From positions 1-64,000 of IMG/VR virus record IMGVR_UViG_3300044612_001255: DNA of 64,000 nucleotides; one strand, 5' to 3'. Position numbers and translations under genes: made by a program. The notes beneath the pieces are model-generated. The model was not told the origin of the DNA, ran no database searches, and saw nothing but the letters and a program-made list of their open reading frames with translations. Shown here one piece after another: positions 1 to 10,681 of this stretch. Position 1 is the stretch's first letter. Every line of letters starts with the position of its first letter. Source of the DNA: a virus.

Positions 1-2
1 TC

Positions 3-455
3 CAGTCAAACGTTAAAGCAATGGCTACTGATATGATATTCTTAACAACTCTACTAGTTCTTACAACACAAATCATCCCAGCAATGGCACCAGATGATGA
101 TGAGGATAAAGCTGTAGTTAACCAACACAAGTTTGTCTCTAAGATTGGAGACAAACTACTTGATGAATTGATGTACTTCTACAATCCAACATCTATTCTA
201 AATCTTGTTGGTAGTGGACCATTTCCAGCATTCTCTTTGATAAATAATGCTGTGAAGACAATAGGAGGTACACTAGATGAATTATACGGAGTGCTAACTT
301 CAGATGAAGAGAGAATAGAAAAAGCAAAACCTTTGAAGTATTTCTTAAGAACATTCCCTATTACAAATCAAATAGTTGGATATCTACCAATGTTCTACCC
401 TGATATTGCAAAAGATCTTGGTATTAGAATGCAGAGTAATTACGGAGTTAGATAA
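3..455 (+). CDS. C-terminal end of a large virion (ejection/cargo-type) protein, 5'-truncated by the window
   Basis: Frame is open from position 3 (no stop upstream of the ATG at 21). Hydrophobic helix followed by PDDDED, upstream of the fibre genes. Function inferred from position in crAss-like genomes. Confidence 0.5.
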   Translation, partial: QSNVKAMATDMIFLTTLLVLTTQIIPAMAPDDDEDKAVVNQHKFVSKIGDKLLDELMYFYNPTSILNLVGSGPFPAFSLINNAVKTIGGTLDELYGVLTSDEERIEKAKPLKYFLRTFPITNQIVGYLPMFYPDIAKDLGIRMQSNYGVR

Positions 456-508
456 CCTATTGAGAAATAACTCAATAATCATTAGTTTTACATAACTACA
501 GAAAGTAA

Positions 509-540
509 AAAACCTAGGAGCAATACTGTTTCTAGGTTTT
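509..540 (+). terminator. Intrinsic terminator-like hairpin
   Basis: AAAACCTAG...CTAGGTTTT inverted repeat in the intergenic gap after the stop at 455. Confidence 0.55.
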
Positions 541-566
541 GTATTTTCTGAAAACATAACAACAAC

Positions 567-3095
567 ATGGCAGAAGCATATTGCGGATCTGAACCTTGCC
601 CTTTATTCTTGAATTCCACTTGTGTGTTCTACACAGGTGAGAGTCTTCTTTATATAGGTGTACAAACAAATGACACTCTTGAGGCAATCATTATAAAGAT
701 TAACCAAGCATTCCAAAATACTGGGATTGGATACGCATTTACAAATGGATTGATACAACCTACACCATCTCAACCTGTACAGCTTGGTGGTGCATTGATA
801 CAGAACACTACTATTGGTGGAAACTTCACGCTAGCATTTACAGGAAACGTCCAAGCTGCTAAACACATCACCACTGGTGGAACATCTTCACAGTTTGTAA
901 AAGGTGATGGAACATTAGATTCAACAGCCTATCAACCAGCTGGCAATTACATGACTGGACTCTCTGGAGATGCAACAGCTTCAGGTCCTGGTGTAGCAGC
1001 TATGACGCTAGCCACTGTAAACTTTGCCTCTGGAACATTTGGTAATGGAAACACCATACCAATTGTAACAGTGAATGCAAAAGGTTTAGTTACAAACATA
1101 ACTCCTGTACCAGTTACTATACCACCACTACCATTAAACTTCATTGGTGATGTAGTTGGATCGGGATTCACAGGAAGCAACATCACTCTGCTATTGCAGA
1201 ATGTCAATCCAAACCCATACACCACCATCACTCCTCTAAAGTTTACAGTGAATGGTAAAGGATTGGTTACGTCTGCTTCCCCAATAACAGCTTCTGACAT
1301 TGTAAACATTCTTGGTTACTATCCAGGAACATCTGGAACTACAGGAACAAGTGGTACATCAGGTACAAGTGGTACCTCAGGTACAAGCGGAACAACAGGG
1401 ACAAGCGGAACCACTGGTACAAGCGGTACTAGTGGTACCAGTGGTACCAGTGGTACTAGCGGTACGACAGGTACTTCAGGGACAACAGGAACTAGTGGAA
1501 CTACTGGCACCAGTGGTACTAGTGGTACGAGTGGAACAACAGGTACGTCTGGCACAACAGGCACCAGCGGTACAACAGGAACTAGTGGTACAACAGGTAC
1601 TAGTGGCACCACTGGTACGAGCGGTACTAGCGGTACATCTGGAACTAGTGGAACGTCTGGTACAACAGGTACTAGCGGTACTACGGGAACTTCTGGTACA
1701 ACTGGTACATCAGGTACAAGCGGAACCACAGGTACATCTGGTACTACAGGTACTAGCGGTACTTCAGGTACATCAGGTACTAGTGGTACTACAGGAACAA
1801 GTGGAACCAGTGGAACAAGTGCAACCAGTGGAACTAGTGGCACAACAGGTACCTCTGGTACCTCTGCAACAAGTGGTACCTCTGCAACAAGTGGTACGTC
1901 TGGAACAGCAGGAACTACTGGAACCTCAGGTACATCTGGTGTAAGTGGTGACGAATATAGAACAACATCAACATCAACTTTCACTCTTGGTAATAGTGGA
2001 ACTATTACAGTGGGAACAGGGCTAGCTTACACTCCTGCACAATCTATTATTGTCGTATATGACACTAATAATTTCCAAGAATGCGAAATAATATCATATA
2101 ACTCAATTACAGGCGAACTTGTATTTGGAACACCCACTAGAACAGTTGGTTCTGGAACTTATTCTACATGGACTATTAACCTAGATGGTGCTAGCGGTGG
2201 AGACGGTTCTTCTGGTAGCAGCGGTACTAGTGGTACATCTGCTACTTCTGGAACAAGCGGAACAACTGGTACTAGTGGTACATCTGGTACTAGCGGTACA
2301 AGTGCAACAAGTGGGACAAGTGGTACTACAGGAACTTCTGGAACAAGTGGAACTACAGGTACTTCTGGTACAACTGGAACAAGCGGTACTAGTGGTACAA
2401 GTGGCACAACAGGAACAAGTGGTACAACAGGTACCTCTGGTACCACAGGTACATCAGGCACCACTGGTACAAGCGGTACAACTGGAACATCTGGAACTAC
2501 TGGTACTAGCGGTACAAGCGGTACCAGCGGTACAACAGGAACAAGCGGTACTTCTGGAACCACTGGTACTTCTGGTACTTCTGGAACTAGTGGTACAACA
2601 GGTACTAGTGGAACAACAGGTACTTCAGGTACAAGCGGAACCTCTGGTACTTCTGGTACTTCTGGTACGTCAGGTACAAGTGGTTTATCATCTTTATTTT
2701 ATGGTGAAAGTTTAAATTGTATAACTTTACCATTAACTACTACTACCACTACAACAGGAACACCAACTACTACTACAACTACAACAGCTGCATCTTGTAT
2801 TTTAACAGTATACTTTGATGGATCACAGTCTCCAGGAACTCAGGGTTGGAACAATTCTACTGATGCTTGTAACGGAACTGGAACTCCATTATCTGTTTAC
2901 TTTTCTAATGCTGGTGGTTGTCCTACAAACTTACAAGATGTATTCAATGATGGTAAGATAATCTATATAGATGTTGCTTTAACGACTCCCCTTGCTGGTA
3001 ATAGTAAATGGTATAAGAGTGTTTCATCTCCTAGTTCTGGTCAAGCAATTCTAGTAGATAATAGTGGATTTATAAACCAGATTCTAAATTGTTAA
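567..3095 (+). CDS. Fibre protein 1 with Gly-Thr-Ser collagen-like blocks, poly-Thr linker and C-terminal globular domain
   Basis: 842 aa. Tail-fibre TVNxKGLVT repeats, two long G-X-Y blocks (X,Y = T/S), a 79-aa beta domain, and a [17 protein letters not shown] linker. Confidence 0.8.
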   Translation: MAEAYCGSEPCPLFLNSTCVFYTGESLLYIGVQTNDTLEAIIIKINQAFQNTGIGYAFTNGLIQPTPSQPVQLGGALIQNTTIGGNFTLAFTGNVQAAKHITTGGTSSQFVKGDGTLDSTAYQPAGNYMTGLSGDATASGPGVAAMTLATVNFASGTFGNGNTIPIVTVNAKGLVTNITPVPVTIPPLPLNFIGDVVGSGFTGSNITLLLQNVNPNPYTTITPLKFTVNGKGLVTSASPITASDIVNILGYYPGTSGTTGTSGTSGTSGTSGTSGTTGTSGTTGTSGTSGTSGTSGTSGTTGTSGTTGTSGTTGTSGTSGTSGTTGTSGTTGTSGTTGTSGTTGTSGTTGTSGTSGTSGTSGTSGTTGTSGTTGTSGTTGTSGTSGTTGTSGTTGTSGTSGTSGTSGTTGTSGTSGTSATSGTSGTTGTSGTSATSGTSATSGTSGTAGTTGTSGTSGVSGDEYRTTSTSTFTLGNSGTITVGTGLAYTPAQSIIVVYDTNNFQECEIISYNSITGELVFGTPTRTVGSGTYSTWTINLDGASGGDGSSGSSGTSGTSATSGTSGTTGTSGTSGTSGTSATSGTSGTTGTSGTSGTTGTSGTTGTSGTSGTSGTTGTSGTTGTSGTTGTSGTTGTSGTTGTSGTTGTSGTSGTSGTTGTSGTSGTTGTSGTSGTSGTTGTSGTTGTSGTSGTSGTSGTSGTSGTSGLSSLFYGESLNCITLPLTTTTTTTGTPTTTTTTTAASCILTVYFDGSQSPGTQGWNNSTDACNGTGTPLSVYFSNAGGCPTNLQDVFNDGKIIYIDVALTTPLAGNSKWYKSVSSPSSGQAILVDNSGFINQILNC
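1326..2684 (+). repeat. (Gly-Thr-Ser/Thr)n coding repeats, two blocks (~1326-1949 and ~2187-2684)
   Basis: Gly at every third residue. 9-nt periodicity with heavily varied synonymous codons. Confidence 0.95.
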
Positions 3096-3139
3096 ATGAT
3101 TGCGTTAGCTGTCTAAAAACTTAAAATATTAATTTTAAA

Positions 3140-6100
3140 ATGCCATACTCTAACATAACAATAACAACTGATACAGGATTATCATTTATTGCTGGTCAAT
3201 TCATACAATTGATTGCTGACAGCAGCAATTACATTGTAGGTCAAGTAGTTTCTTATAATCCCGCTACTGGTGAATTAATATTTACTCCAAGTACATTCAT
3301 TGGTAGTGGTGAGTACTGTAATTGGGATGTTGTACTTTCTGGTGTTCCAGGAACTACAGGTTCTTCTGGTAGTAGTGGAACAAGCGGAACTTCTGGCACA
3401 TCAGGTACAAGCGGAACAGCAGGAACAACTGGAACCAGTGGTACAACAGGTACTAGCGGTACTTCTGGAACAAGTGGCACATCTGGTAGTGTAGGAACAA
3501 GCGGTACTTCAGGAACTACTGGTACATCGGGTACAAGTGGTACAAGAGGTACTAGTGGTACTTCAGGTACAAGCGCAACTAGTGGTACCTCTGGAACGAC
3601 AGGAACCAGTGGCACTACTGGTACTTCTGGCACTACTGGTACTTCTGGTACAACGGGTACATCTGGTACCAGTGGTACAAGTGCAACGTCAGGTACGAGT
3701 GGTAGCTCAGGTACTTCTGGAACCACTGGCACCAGTGGAACTAGTGGTACCACAGGCACGTCAGGTACTACAGGAACCTCTGGTACATCTGGAACCAGAG
3801 GAACGTCTGGAACCTCTGGTACCACTGGTACGAGTGGAACTACTGGTACTTCTGGTACCACTGGTACTAGCGGTACAAGTGGTACACGAGGAACTTCTGG
3901 CACTAGTGGTACATCTGCTACCTCTGGCACTAGCGGTACAACAGGTACTAGTGGTAGCTCTGGAACAAGTGGTACATCCGCTACTAGTGGAACATCTGGT
4001 ACAGCTGGAACTACAGGAACCTCTGGAACTAGTGGTATCTCTGGAGATAGATATAGAACAACTTCTACATCTTCTTTTACTTTAGGAAACAGCGGTACAA
4101 TAACTGTAGGTACAGGTTTAGCTTATACTGCTGCACAATCAATCATTATTGTTTATGACACTTCTAATTTCCAAGAGTGTGAAATAATATCTTACGATTC
4201 TAATACAGGCTCTCTTACATTTGGTGCCCCTACACGAACAGTGGGTGGTGGCACATACACTTCTTGGGTTGTCAATTTAGATGGTGCTAGTGGAGGCGAT
4301 GGTTCAAGTGGATCTAGCGGAACTAGTGGAACTTCTGCTACTTCTGGTACCAGTGGAACAACAGGAACTAGCGGAAGCAGTGGTACCAGTGGAACAACAG
4401 GAACATCTGGTACTTCTGGAAATAGTGGAAGCAGTGGAACCAGTGGTACACGAGGTACATCTGGAACTTCTGGAACAAGAGGTACTAGTGGTACTTCTGG
4501 TATAAATGGAACATCTGGCACAAGTGGTATTAATGGAACATCTGGAACTTCTGGAACTTCTGGAACCTCTGGTATAGATGGTACCAGTGGAACAAGTGGT
4601 ATTAATGGTACCTCTGGAACATCGGGTACTAGGGGTACCAGTGGAACTAGTGGTACTAGTGGTACCAGTGGAACTACAGGAACCAGCGGTACCTCTGGTA
4701 CTAGAGGCACTTCTGGTACAAGTGGTACTTCGGGTACTACTGGTTCAAGTGGTACTAGTGGTACAGCTGGGCAAGCAGGTGGAGTAAGATATAATTTTTC
4801 TACAACCACGACCAACGCAGATCCTGGCGATGGAATAGTTGCATATAATAACTCTACAATTGCTTCAGTAACTGAAATTTATATAGATAATTTAGACCAG
4901 TTAGGTAATACACAAACTGCATGGTACGATACTTGGGATGATAGTACAACAACCTCAGCTAGAGGCGTAATTGCACTATATAGTAGAGATAATGGTACAG
5001 TGGTAAATCAGTTTCAAGTTACAGGAGCTGTAACAGCAAATGTTGGATATTATACAATACCTGTTTCTTACATTAGCGGAACTCTTCCAACTAATGGTGC
5101 ACAATTAGCAACCATGTTCTCAAGAACTGGTAATGCTGGTACAACTGGTACCTCTGGAACTTCAGGTACTAGCGGGACAAGCGGTACCTCTGGGACAAGC
5201 GGAACAAGTGGTACTTCTGGTATAAATGGTATAAACGGTACGAGTGGTACAAGTGGTGTGAATGGTACCAGTGGGACATCAGGTACTAGTGGTACTAGTG
5301 GTACTAGGGGTACTAGTGGTACTAGTGGTACTAGGGGTACCAGTGGTACTAGTGGTACTAGTGGTACTAGTGGAACATCAGGTAGTACACCTGTTAATCA
5401 AGTGACAGGAACAGGGACAAGCGGAACAATTCCAGTATTTACTGGCAGCACAACTATTGGAAACAGTATTGTGCAATCAAATTCTACTCAAGTAAACATT
5501 GTTGGCAATGGCTCACAATTACTTTTTGATTCTTTGAGTGCAAGTAAATCTGGAGGAATTCAATACACAAATGATTTTGAATTATTAATAAATAATAGTA
5601 GAGGAACTGGAAGTGCTATTTATTTAGGAAATACAAATTTAGATTTTCATACCAACGTATCTGGAAATCCTAGACTTAGGATTACCGATGGGGGCAACGT
5701 GCTTATTGGAACGACAACGGACGCAGGCTTTAAGCTAGACGTTAACGGGACTGGGCGGTTTTCAAGTAGCGTGACGGCTGGGGGGACAAATTATTTGGTA
5801 AACACTTCAACAGGAACTGCAACAACTTATCAACGTATTTTAAACACAGGAGGTGATTTAATATTAGGTATAAATAATAGTGCTGGTAATTCTTTAGCAA
5901 GTGGAGGTTTATCTTATGCAACTATGATGTATAATAATACTAATACCGCTTTGCAATTTGGAACTAATACAGACATAAAATTAACCATCACCTCAGGCGG
6001 CAACGTAGGGATTGGGACGACTACTCCAGGACAAAGATTATCAGTATTCCAAGATACAAACGGGGATGCAAGATTATCTTTAACTAATCCTAACACAGGA

Positions 6101-6922
6101 GTATCAGCAAGAACATTTTTGTATACGATTACCACAGGTAACAGATATGTTGGTATGCTTGCTTATGGAGCTAATGCAACAGGTACAACAGTTGGATTAA
6201 GTAATGCAAGTTTAGGTATTTTAGAAGCTGGAGGTGATATAAGTAATTTTTTAATTAATTCCACAAATCCTATGGTATTTGGGGTTAATGGTTCTGAGCG
6301 AATGCGCATTAATTCAAATGGTTTTTTAAAAGCTAGTAATAATGGTGTTTTTTATGATTCTGCAAGTAGTTATCACGAATTAATGAGTAATCAAGGTAAT
6401 AATATAGCTTATTTATGGAATACCTCAGCTAATCCTTATGGCCCATATATAAGGTTTTCAGCTGCTGCGCCTAATAACGGTACTAATTATTACCTTTATT
6501 TTGATGACACCTCAGCAGCTAGATTTATAGTTTACTCAAATGGTGGAATTTCTAATTATCAGGCTAATGATACAAACCTTTCTGACGAAAGGACAAAAAA
6601 GGAAATTGCGCCTCTTGAATCTTATTGGGATAAATTTAAAAATATTGAAATTGTAAAATTCAAGTACAAAGACCAAACGCATGACGATTTTAATATTGGA
6701 GTTATTGCACAACAAGTTGAAAAAGTAGCTCCTGAATTTGTAGACGTAGACGGATGGACTAATAAAACCGAATCAAATAAAGATGCAATAATTAGTCAAG
6801 AAGAGCCAATAAAATCAATTTATACCGCTGACTTGCACCATGCAACTATTAAAGTACTTCAGGAAGCAATGGCAAAAATCGAAAAACTAGAAACAGAAAT
6901 AGATAAACTAAAAAACGTATGA
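3140..6922 (+). CDS. Fibre protein 2 / receptor-binding fibre with GTS repeats and C-terminal peptidase S74 intramolecular chaperone
   Basis: 1260 aa. Three G-X-Y blocks, GNV(G/L)IGTTT fibre repeats, and an S74 signature ([10 protein letters not shown]...[15 protein letters not shown]) with a terminal coiled coil. Confidence 0.85.
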   Translation: MPYSNITITTDTGLSFIAGQFIQLIADSSNYIVGQVVSYNPATGELIFTPSTFIGSGEYCNWDVVLSGVPGTTGSSGSSGTSGTSGTSGTSGTAGTTGTSGTTGTSGTSGTSGTSGSVGTSGTSGTTGTSGTSGTRGTSGTSGTSATSGTSGTTGTSGTTGTSGTTGTSGTTGTSGTSGTSATSGTSGSSGTSGTTGTSGTSGTTGTSGTTGTSGTSGTRGTSGTSGTTGTSGTTGTSGTTGTSGTSGTRGTSGTSGTSATSGTSGTTGTSGSSGTSGTSATSGTSGTAGTTGTSGTSGISGDRYRTTSTSSFTLGNSGTITVGTGLAYTAAQSIIIVYDTSNFQECEIISYDSNTGSLTFGAPTRTVGGGTYTSWVVNLDGASGGDGSSGSSGTSGTSATSGTSGTTGTSGSSGTSGTTGTSGTSGNSGSSGTSGTRGTSGTSGTRGTSGTSGINGTSGTSGINGTSGTSGTSGTSGIDGTSGTSGINGTSGTSGTRGTSGTSGTSGTSGTTGTSGTSGTRGTSGTSGTSGTTGSSGTSGTAGQAGGVRYNFSTTTTNADPGDGIVAYNNSTIASVTEIYIDNLDQLGNTQTAWYDTWDDSTTTSARGVIALYSRDNGTVVNQFQVTGAVTANVGYYTIPVSYISGTLPTNGAQLATMFSRTGNAGTTGTSGTSGTSGTSGTSGTSGTSGTSGINGINGTSGTSGVNGTSGTSGTSGTSGTRGTSGTSGTRGTSGTSGTSGTSGTSGSTPVNQVTGTGTSGTIPVFTGSTTIGNSIVQSNSTQVNIVGNGSQLLFDSLSASKSGGIQYTNDFELLINNSRGTGSAIYLGNTNLDFHTNVSGNPRLRITDGGNVLIGTTTDAGFKLDVNGTGRFSSSVTAGGTNYLVNTSTGTATTYQRILNTGGDLILGINNSAGNSLASGGLSYATMMYNNTNTALQFGTNTDIKLTITSGGNVGIGTTTPGQRLSVFQDTNGDARLSLTNPNTGVSARTFLYTITTGNRYVGMLAYGANATGTTVGLSNASLGILEAGGDISNFLINSTNPMVFGVNGSERMRINSNGFLKASNNGVFYDSASSYHELMSNQGNNIAYLWNTSANPYGPYIRFSAAAPNNGTNYYLYFDDTSAARFIVYSNGGISNYQANDTNLSDERTKKEIAPLESYWDKFKNIEIVKFKYKDQTHDDFNIGVIAQQVEKVAPEFVDVDGWTNKTESNKDAIISQEEPIKSIYTADLHHATIKVLQEAMAKIEKLETEIDKLKNV
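3341..5385 (+). repeat. (Gly-Thr-Ser)n coding repeats, three blocks (~3341-4045, ~4283-4782, ~5129-5385)
   Basis: Strict Gly-X-Y periodicity with occasional GTR/GIN/ATS triplets. Confidence 0.95.
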
Positions 6923-7278
6923 AAACAATCGAACCTGTCTCAATCTGGGACAACGGACAAACAGTAGAGGCAAAGATTCTAAATGCCTACGCTGTAAATG
7001 TTACACTAGGAACAAGTGCTACATTCTACTATCAGCTGTTTGCTGAAACTGTAGACCTAGCAGTTGGTCAACAAGTGGCACAAGGAAACTTGAGCATGAC
7101 TGGTGAGGCATACCAAGAATGGAATCAAGACGAATTTGCATGGGAATGGGTAGCAGCACAGCTGAACCTAACCATCACAGGTGACTATGTACCACCAGTA
7201 CCAACCACTACTACCACCACTACAGCTGTTCCAGAAACTACAACCACTACTACTACTACTACGGATATTGTAGAATAA
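6919..7278 (+). CDS. Small fibre-associated protein with C-terminal poly-Thr tail
   Basis: Start overlaps the S74 fibre stop. Ends [25 protein letters not shown]. Confidence 0.65.
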   Translation: MKTIEPVSIWDNGQTVEAKILNAYAVNVTLGTSATFYYQLFAETVDLAVGQQVAQGNLSMTGEAYQEWNQDEFAWEWVAAQLNLTITGDYVPPVPTTTTTTTAVPETTTTTTTTTDIVE

Positions 7279-7303
7279 TTAAACAAATAAAAAACCAATA
7301 AGT

Positions 7304-7708
7304 ATGAAATTTAAACTATTTCAAATGTTTGAGCTTGAGCTAGAAATAGCTGGAGGCAAGAGAGAAGAATCATCAATTGTAGGATTGATGAATGAGAGTA
7401 TCAGCTTCAAAAACAAATATCTTCTACAGAAAGTTCTGAAGAAGATTGGTGAAGAGAAGGAGCAATACATGAAATCTGAGAAAGAGTTATTCACTAGTCT
7501 TGGTGCTGTTGAAAAAGATGGCAACCTTGTTATTGAAAACACTCTTGAGGATGGTTCTCCTAACCCAGCAATCCAAAAGCTTATTGAAGAAAGAACACAA
7601 CTTATGAACGTAGAAGTGGATGCTGGTGAACTAGATTTTAAAATCGAAGACTTTGATTTTAAATCAGAATCAACCTATCCAGTTTTCATGTTGCTTGCTT
7701 TCGATTAA
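7304..7708 (+). CDS. Hypothetical helical protein (tail-module associated)
   Basis: 134-aa ORF with A-rich leader. Overlaps the convergent GT gene end by 39 nt. Confidence 0.6.
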   Translation: MKFKLFQMFELELEIAGGKREESSIVGLMNESISFKNKYLLQKVLKKIGEEKEQYMKSEKELFTSLGAVEKDGNLVIENTLEDGSPNPAIQKLIEERTQLMNVEVDAGELDFKIEDFDFKSESTYPVFMLLAFD

Positions 7709-10681
7709 GGCTATAACATCCCCACTTGTTATGCTTGACTGGCATTCATATTGTCTGTCAGTTCCAGCATGAACAGGACACCAGTCCCAACTCTTATCAA
7801 ACTTATACTTGGGACTATTCCAACAACCACTACATACACTCTTCTTCACAGGACGTATGCAGGAAAACTCATGTCCTTCCTCTGTGAAGTTTGCTATCAT
7901 CACAACAGGCTTATTCATAGCCCAAGCTAACCAGCTTAACCCACTAGATAGTCCTATAAAGAACTCGCTATAGCTTATAGCGTCCATCGCACTCTGCAAT
8001 GATTTATCTTCTAGTGGTTCACAATTCTCAAATGGATTATCTTCTTTAGACACGTTAATCACTCTGTAATTTTTTGAATGCAGATAGTGTATTAACTCTT
8101 GCCAAGCTTCTCTTGTCCAGAACTTACAACCAGCTGTTGAATTGGTGGCTATTGTAACAATTTTATTATCAAATTTGTTACAAACAGTGTGTGCAATTCG
8201 TGGTCTAATCTCTTCATATTCAAGTCCTAGGATGTTCGTAGCAGCTTTCTGAAGTGGTATAGTGTTTGGTAGGATGGGTTCCTTAGTGCTATCGTAAAAC
8301 CATCCAATAGAATACATTCCTTTGATGTTGTTAACCACTGTACCTGGGTCTACAAACTCAAGCTCTGGATACACATCCTGGAAAAGAAAGTTCTTGAATG
8401 TGCTTACAACAACATGACAGTTGTGTTTTTTCTTGAACTCAAGTGCGTATGGCATCCAAGCTATTGTATCTCCTAATGAAGAGCTCTCTAGTGATATGTA
8501 GACACGTTGGTTTTCATAGTTGAGTTCAAAGTGGTAGATGAGATAGTTATTTTCCCACACCTTTATTCTCCAATCAGTGAACCATCTTCTACTAAGTCTT
8601 ATCCAATTATTTGACCTGATGGTGTTCTGATAAATGCATATATCATTCTCATCGTAGAATCTTACTAAATAATCTTTGTTTGATCTACCAGTGATTTCAA
8701 GAAATGGTTCACCTACAAAGTTTACATCAATATTAATCTTCTGAAGCATCATCTCATTAGTGAGTACAGTGTTGTAGATGTACATCTGACTCACCTTGAA
8801 ATTAAAAAATGCTTCACTAAGTGGTTTATTCTTTGGTGCTTTGATCGATAGAAGCTGCTCCAATACATCATTTTCTTTCAGGGGCGTAATCCAATCATCA
8901 AACATTCCCACATACTGTGGAAGGTTTCTTGCAAGAATAGGCAATCCGTGACTCGCTGCTTGACGAACGACTAATGGATTGCATTCCCATGTAGAATTAA
9001 ACATGAACACGTCACAGGCTATCATAAACTTGTCTACATCACTACGCTCTCCCCACACATGAACATTATCTGGAAGATTTTGCATTAATGGTTCCCAGTA
9101 GTGCTTGAAGTTAACAGCTTGGTTTCCTACAAAGTGAAACTCCATCTCAGGAAGTTGTCTAGCTATCTCCACTCCCTCTCCTTGATTTTTTCCTGGTGTC
9201 CATAGTCCCACATTGAGAACATGTTTCTTTAATGGATTCATACCAAGCTTCACCTTTTCATAAAGCTTTTCTGCTTTACTTGGAATTTTATTCTCTATTG
9301 GATATTCTAGAACAAACTTTGCAGAAGGCATCTTTCCAAATGTTCCTAGATGATATGGTGTACAGAAGATGTATGCATCAGGGTGATACTTCTTCTCTAT
9401 ATCAGGTTTGAAATATACATTGTGACAAGTCTCTACAATCTTCCAAGTTCTATCATTGTCGTACAGATTGTTCAATAGATCAACAGGAAAGTTATTGACA
9501 CTATCCTCCACCATCTCTTCTATGTGCACAAGGTGTACATTGTGTCTCTTGATGATGTCTATCAATTCCATCTTGTTATCCACAAGTGTGTACATCTTGT
9601 GGACAAGTTTTTTGATTTCATTCTTCTGTACAACGTATTCATCGCTGTGATTAGAATATTCAACAACAATAATCTCTACATCAAATCCTTCTAAAGCCTG
9701 TATCCTCTTTAGAAGAACTGATGGCATCCCACCTGTTGACAAGTGTGGGGCTAGATATAAAATTTTAAACTTGTTATGCTGGTTGACAACCTCACGCATT
9801 TTTTTCATTTTGTCAACTCGTTTCTCTCCATGTATGACAAGAACATCTTCTTTCTTTTCAGGAATTTTTTTCCAATCCTCCACGAGATAAGTTTCTCCAA
9901 TGTATCTGTATTCATTGTACACTTTCTTTGTCTCTTCTACAGATCCATTAGTGTAAAGACATGGTAAACCATCAATATGATTATATTTCCACAATAAAAC
10001 ATTCAGCAAAGTCTCCTCATGGAATGGTGTATAAAACTCTCTATTTTTAATTATTTCAGAGTGCTTGCTTATCGTTTTCCATTCTTTAATAAATGATAGA
10101 GATGGTTGACCAGCTATAAAAAGATTTGTTGTTCTATAAAGTTTTCTTACAGATTGATCTATGCCCAAAAGCTGACAAACATTATACTCTAGTGTTCCTG
10201 TCATGTCTTCTCTTGTCTCACAACCACCACGACCATCGTAAAGCATCCATTCATATATCCCCTCTGTGGCAAGCACGTATGGCTCACCATTGTACATGTG
10301 GAATATTCTGTCTAGATTTTCTGTAGCAATAGAATCACTGTCTACATACACAATAGTGTCTGCATGATTTAATAAAGCATCTTCAATGATTGCTATGCGT
10401 TCTACAAGAATGTTGTAGATGTCTTTCTTTCCACGCTTGATGTAGAAGTTTCCTTGCTCATCTTTATTGTAAAGATCTTTTTCAGACAGATCGATGTACC
10501 AGGGAACAATAGTGACATTCTTATCTATGTAATAGTCATTATTAAAATTACTACCATCTCCCATCAAATACACCAACACTGGCACATCACTGACTGCTGT
10601 AATGGATAGTGCACACTGTTCTAGTGTTGGTAGATATGCTTCTGTTCCATAGAGAACGTATGCTCTTTTTATTTTTTGCAT
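7670..10681 (-). CDS. Three-module glycosyltransferase: GT-A (DxD) + GT4-like GT-B + Aah/TibC-type protein O-heptosyltransferase domain
   Basis: YVDSDS in the N-terminal domain. LAPHLSTGG and FNSTWECNP in the GT4-like domain. ESSSLGDTIAW, FIGLSSGLSWLAWA and the CSGCWN...WCP...YEC four-Cys iron finger characteristic of Aah/TibC. Confidence 0.85.
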   Translation of the reverse strand: MQKIKRAYVLYGTEAYLPTLEQCALSITAVSDVPVLVYLMGDGSNFNNDYYIDKNVTIVPWYIDLSEKDLYNKDEQGNFYIKRGKKDIYNILVERIAIIEDALLNHADTIVYVDSDSIATENLDRIFHMYNGEPYVLATEGIYEWMLYDGRGGCETREDMTGTLEYNVCQLLGIDQSVRKLYRTTNLFIAGQPSLSFIKEWKTISKHSEIIKNREFYTPFHEETLLNVLLWKYNHIDGLPCLYTNGSVEETKKVYNEYRYIGETYLVEDWKKIPEKKEDVLVIHGEKRVDKMKKMREVVNQHNKFKILYLAPHLSTGGMPSVLLKRIQALEGFDVEIIVVEYSNHSDEYVVQKNEIKKLVHKMYTLVDNKMELIDIIKRHNVHLVHIEEMVEDSVNNFPVDLLNNLYDNDRTWKIVETCHNVYFKPDIEKKYHPDAYIFCTPYHLGTFGKMPSAKFVLEYPIENKIPSKAEKLYEKVKLGMNPLKKHVLNVGLWTPGKNQGEGVEIARQLPEMEFHFVGNQAVNFKHYWEPLMQNLPDNVHVWGERSDVDKFMIACDVFMFNSTWECNPLVVRQAASHGLPILARNLPQYVGMFDDWITPLKENDVLEQLLSIKAPKNKPLSEAFFNFKVSQMYIYNTVLTNEMMLQKINIDVNFVGEPFLEITGRSNKDYLVRFYDENDICIYQNTIRSNNWIRLSRRWFTDWRIKVWENNYLIYHFELNYENQRVYISLESSSLGDTIAWMPYALEFKKKHNCHVVVSTFKNFLFQDVYPELEFVDPGTVVNNIKGMYSIGWFYDSTKEPILPNTIPLQKAATNILGLEYEEIRPRIAHTVCNKFDNKIVTIATNSTAGCKFWTREAWQELIHYLHSKNYRVINVSKEDNPFENCEPLEDKSLQSAMDAISYSEFFIGLSSGLSWLAWAMNKPVVMIANFTEEGHEFSCIRPVKKSVCSGCWNSPKYKFDKSWDWCPVHAGTDRQYECQSSITSGDVIALIESKQHENWIG

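Noticed and set aside
1312-4815. Long Val/Pro/Leu-rich and Val/Gln-rich ORFs on the opposite strand and in alternative frames (e.g. 1319-1984, 1312-1944, 3253-3930)
   Set aside because: Shadow frames of the GTS repeat, whose codons rarely create stops in other frames. No independent start context.
1326-5385. Possible CRISPR array or DGR repeats
   Set aside because: The repeats are in-frame 9-nt coding units with no unique spacers. No reverse transcriptase or adenine-specific TR/VR pair was seen.
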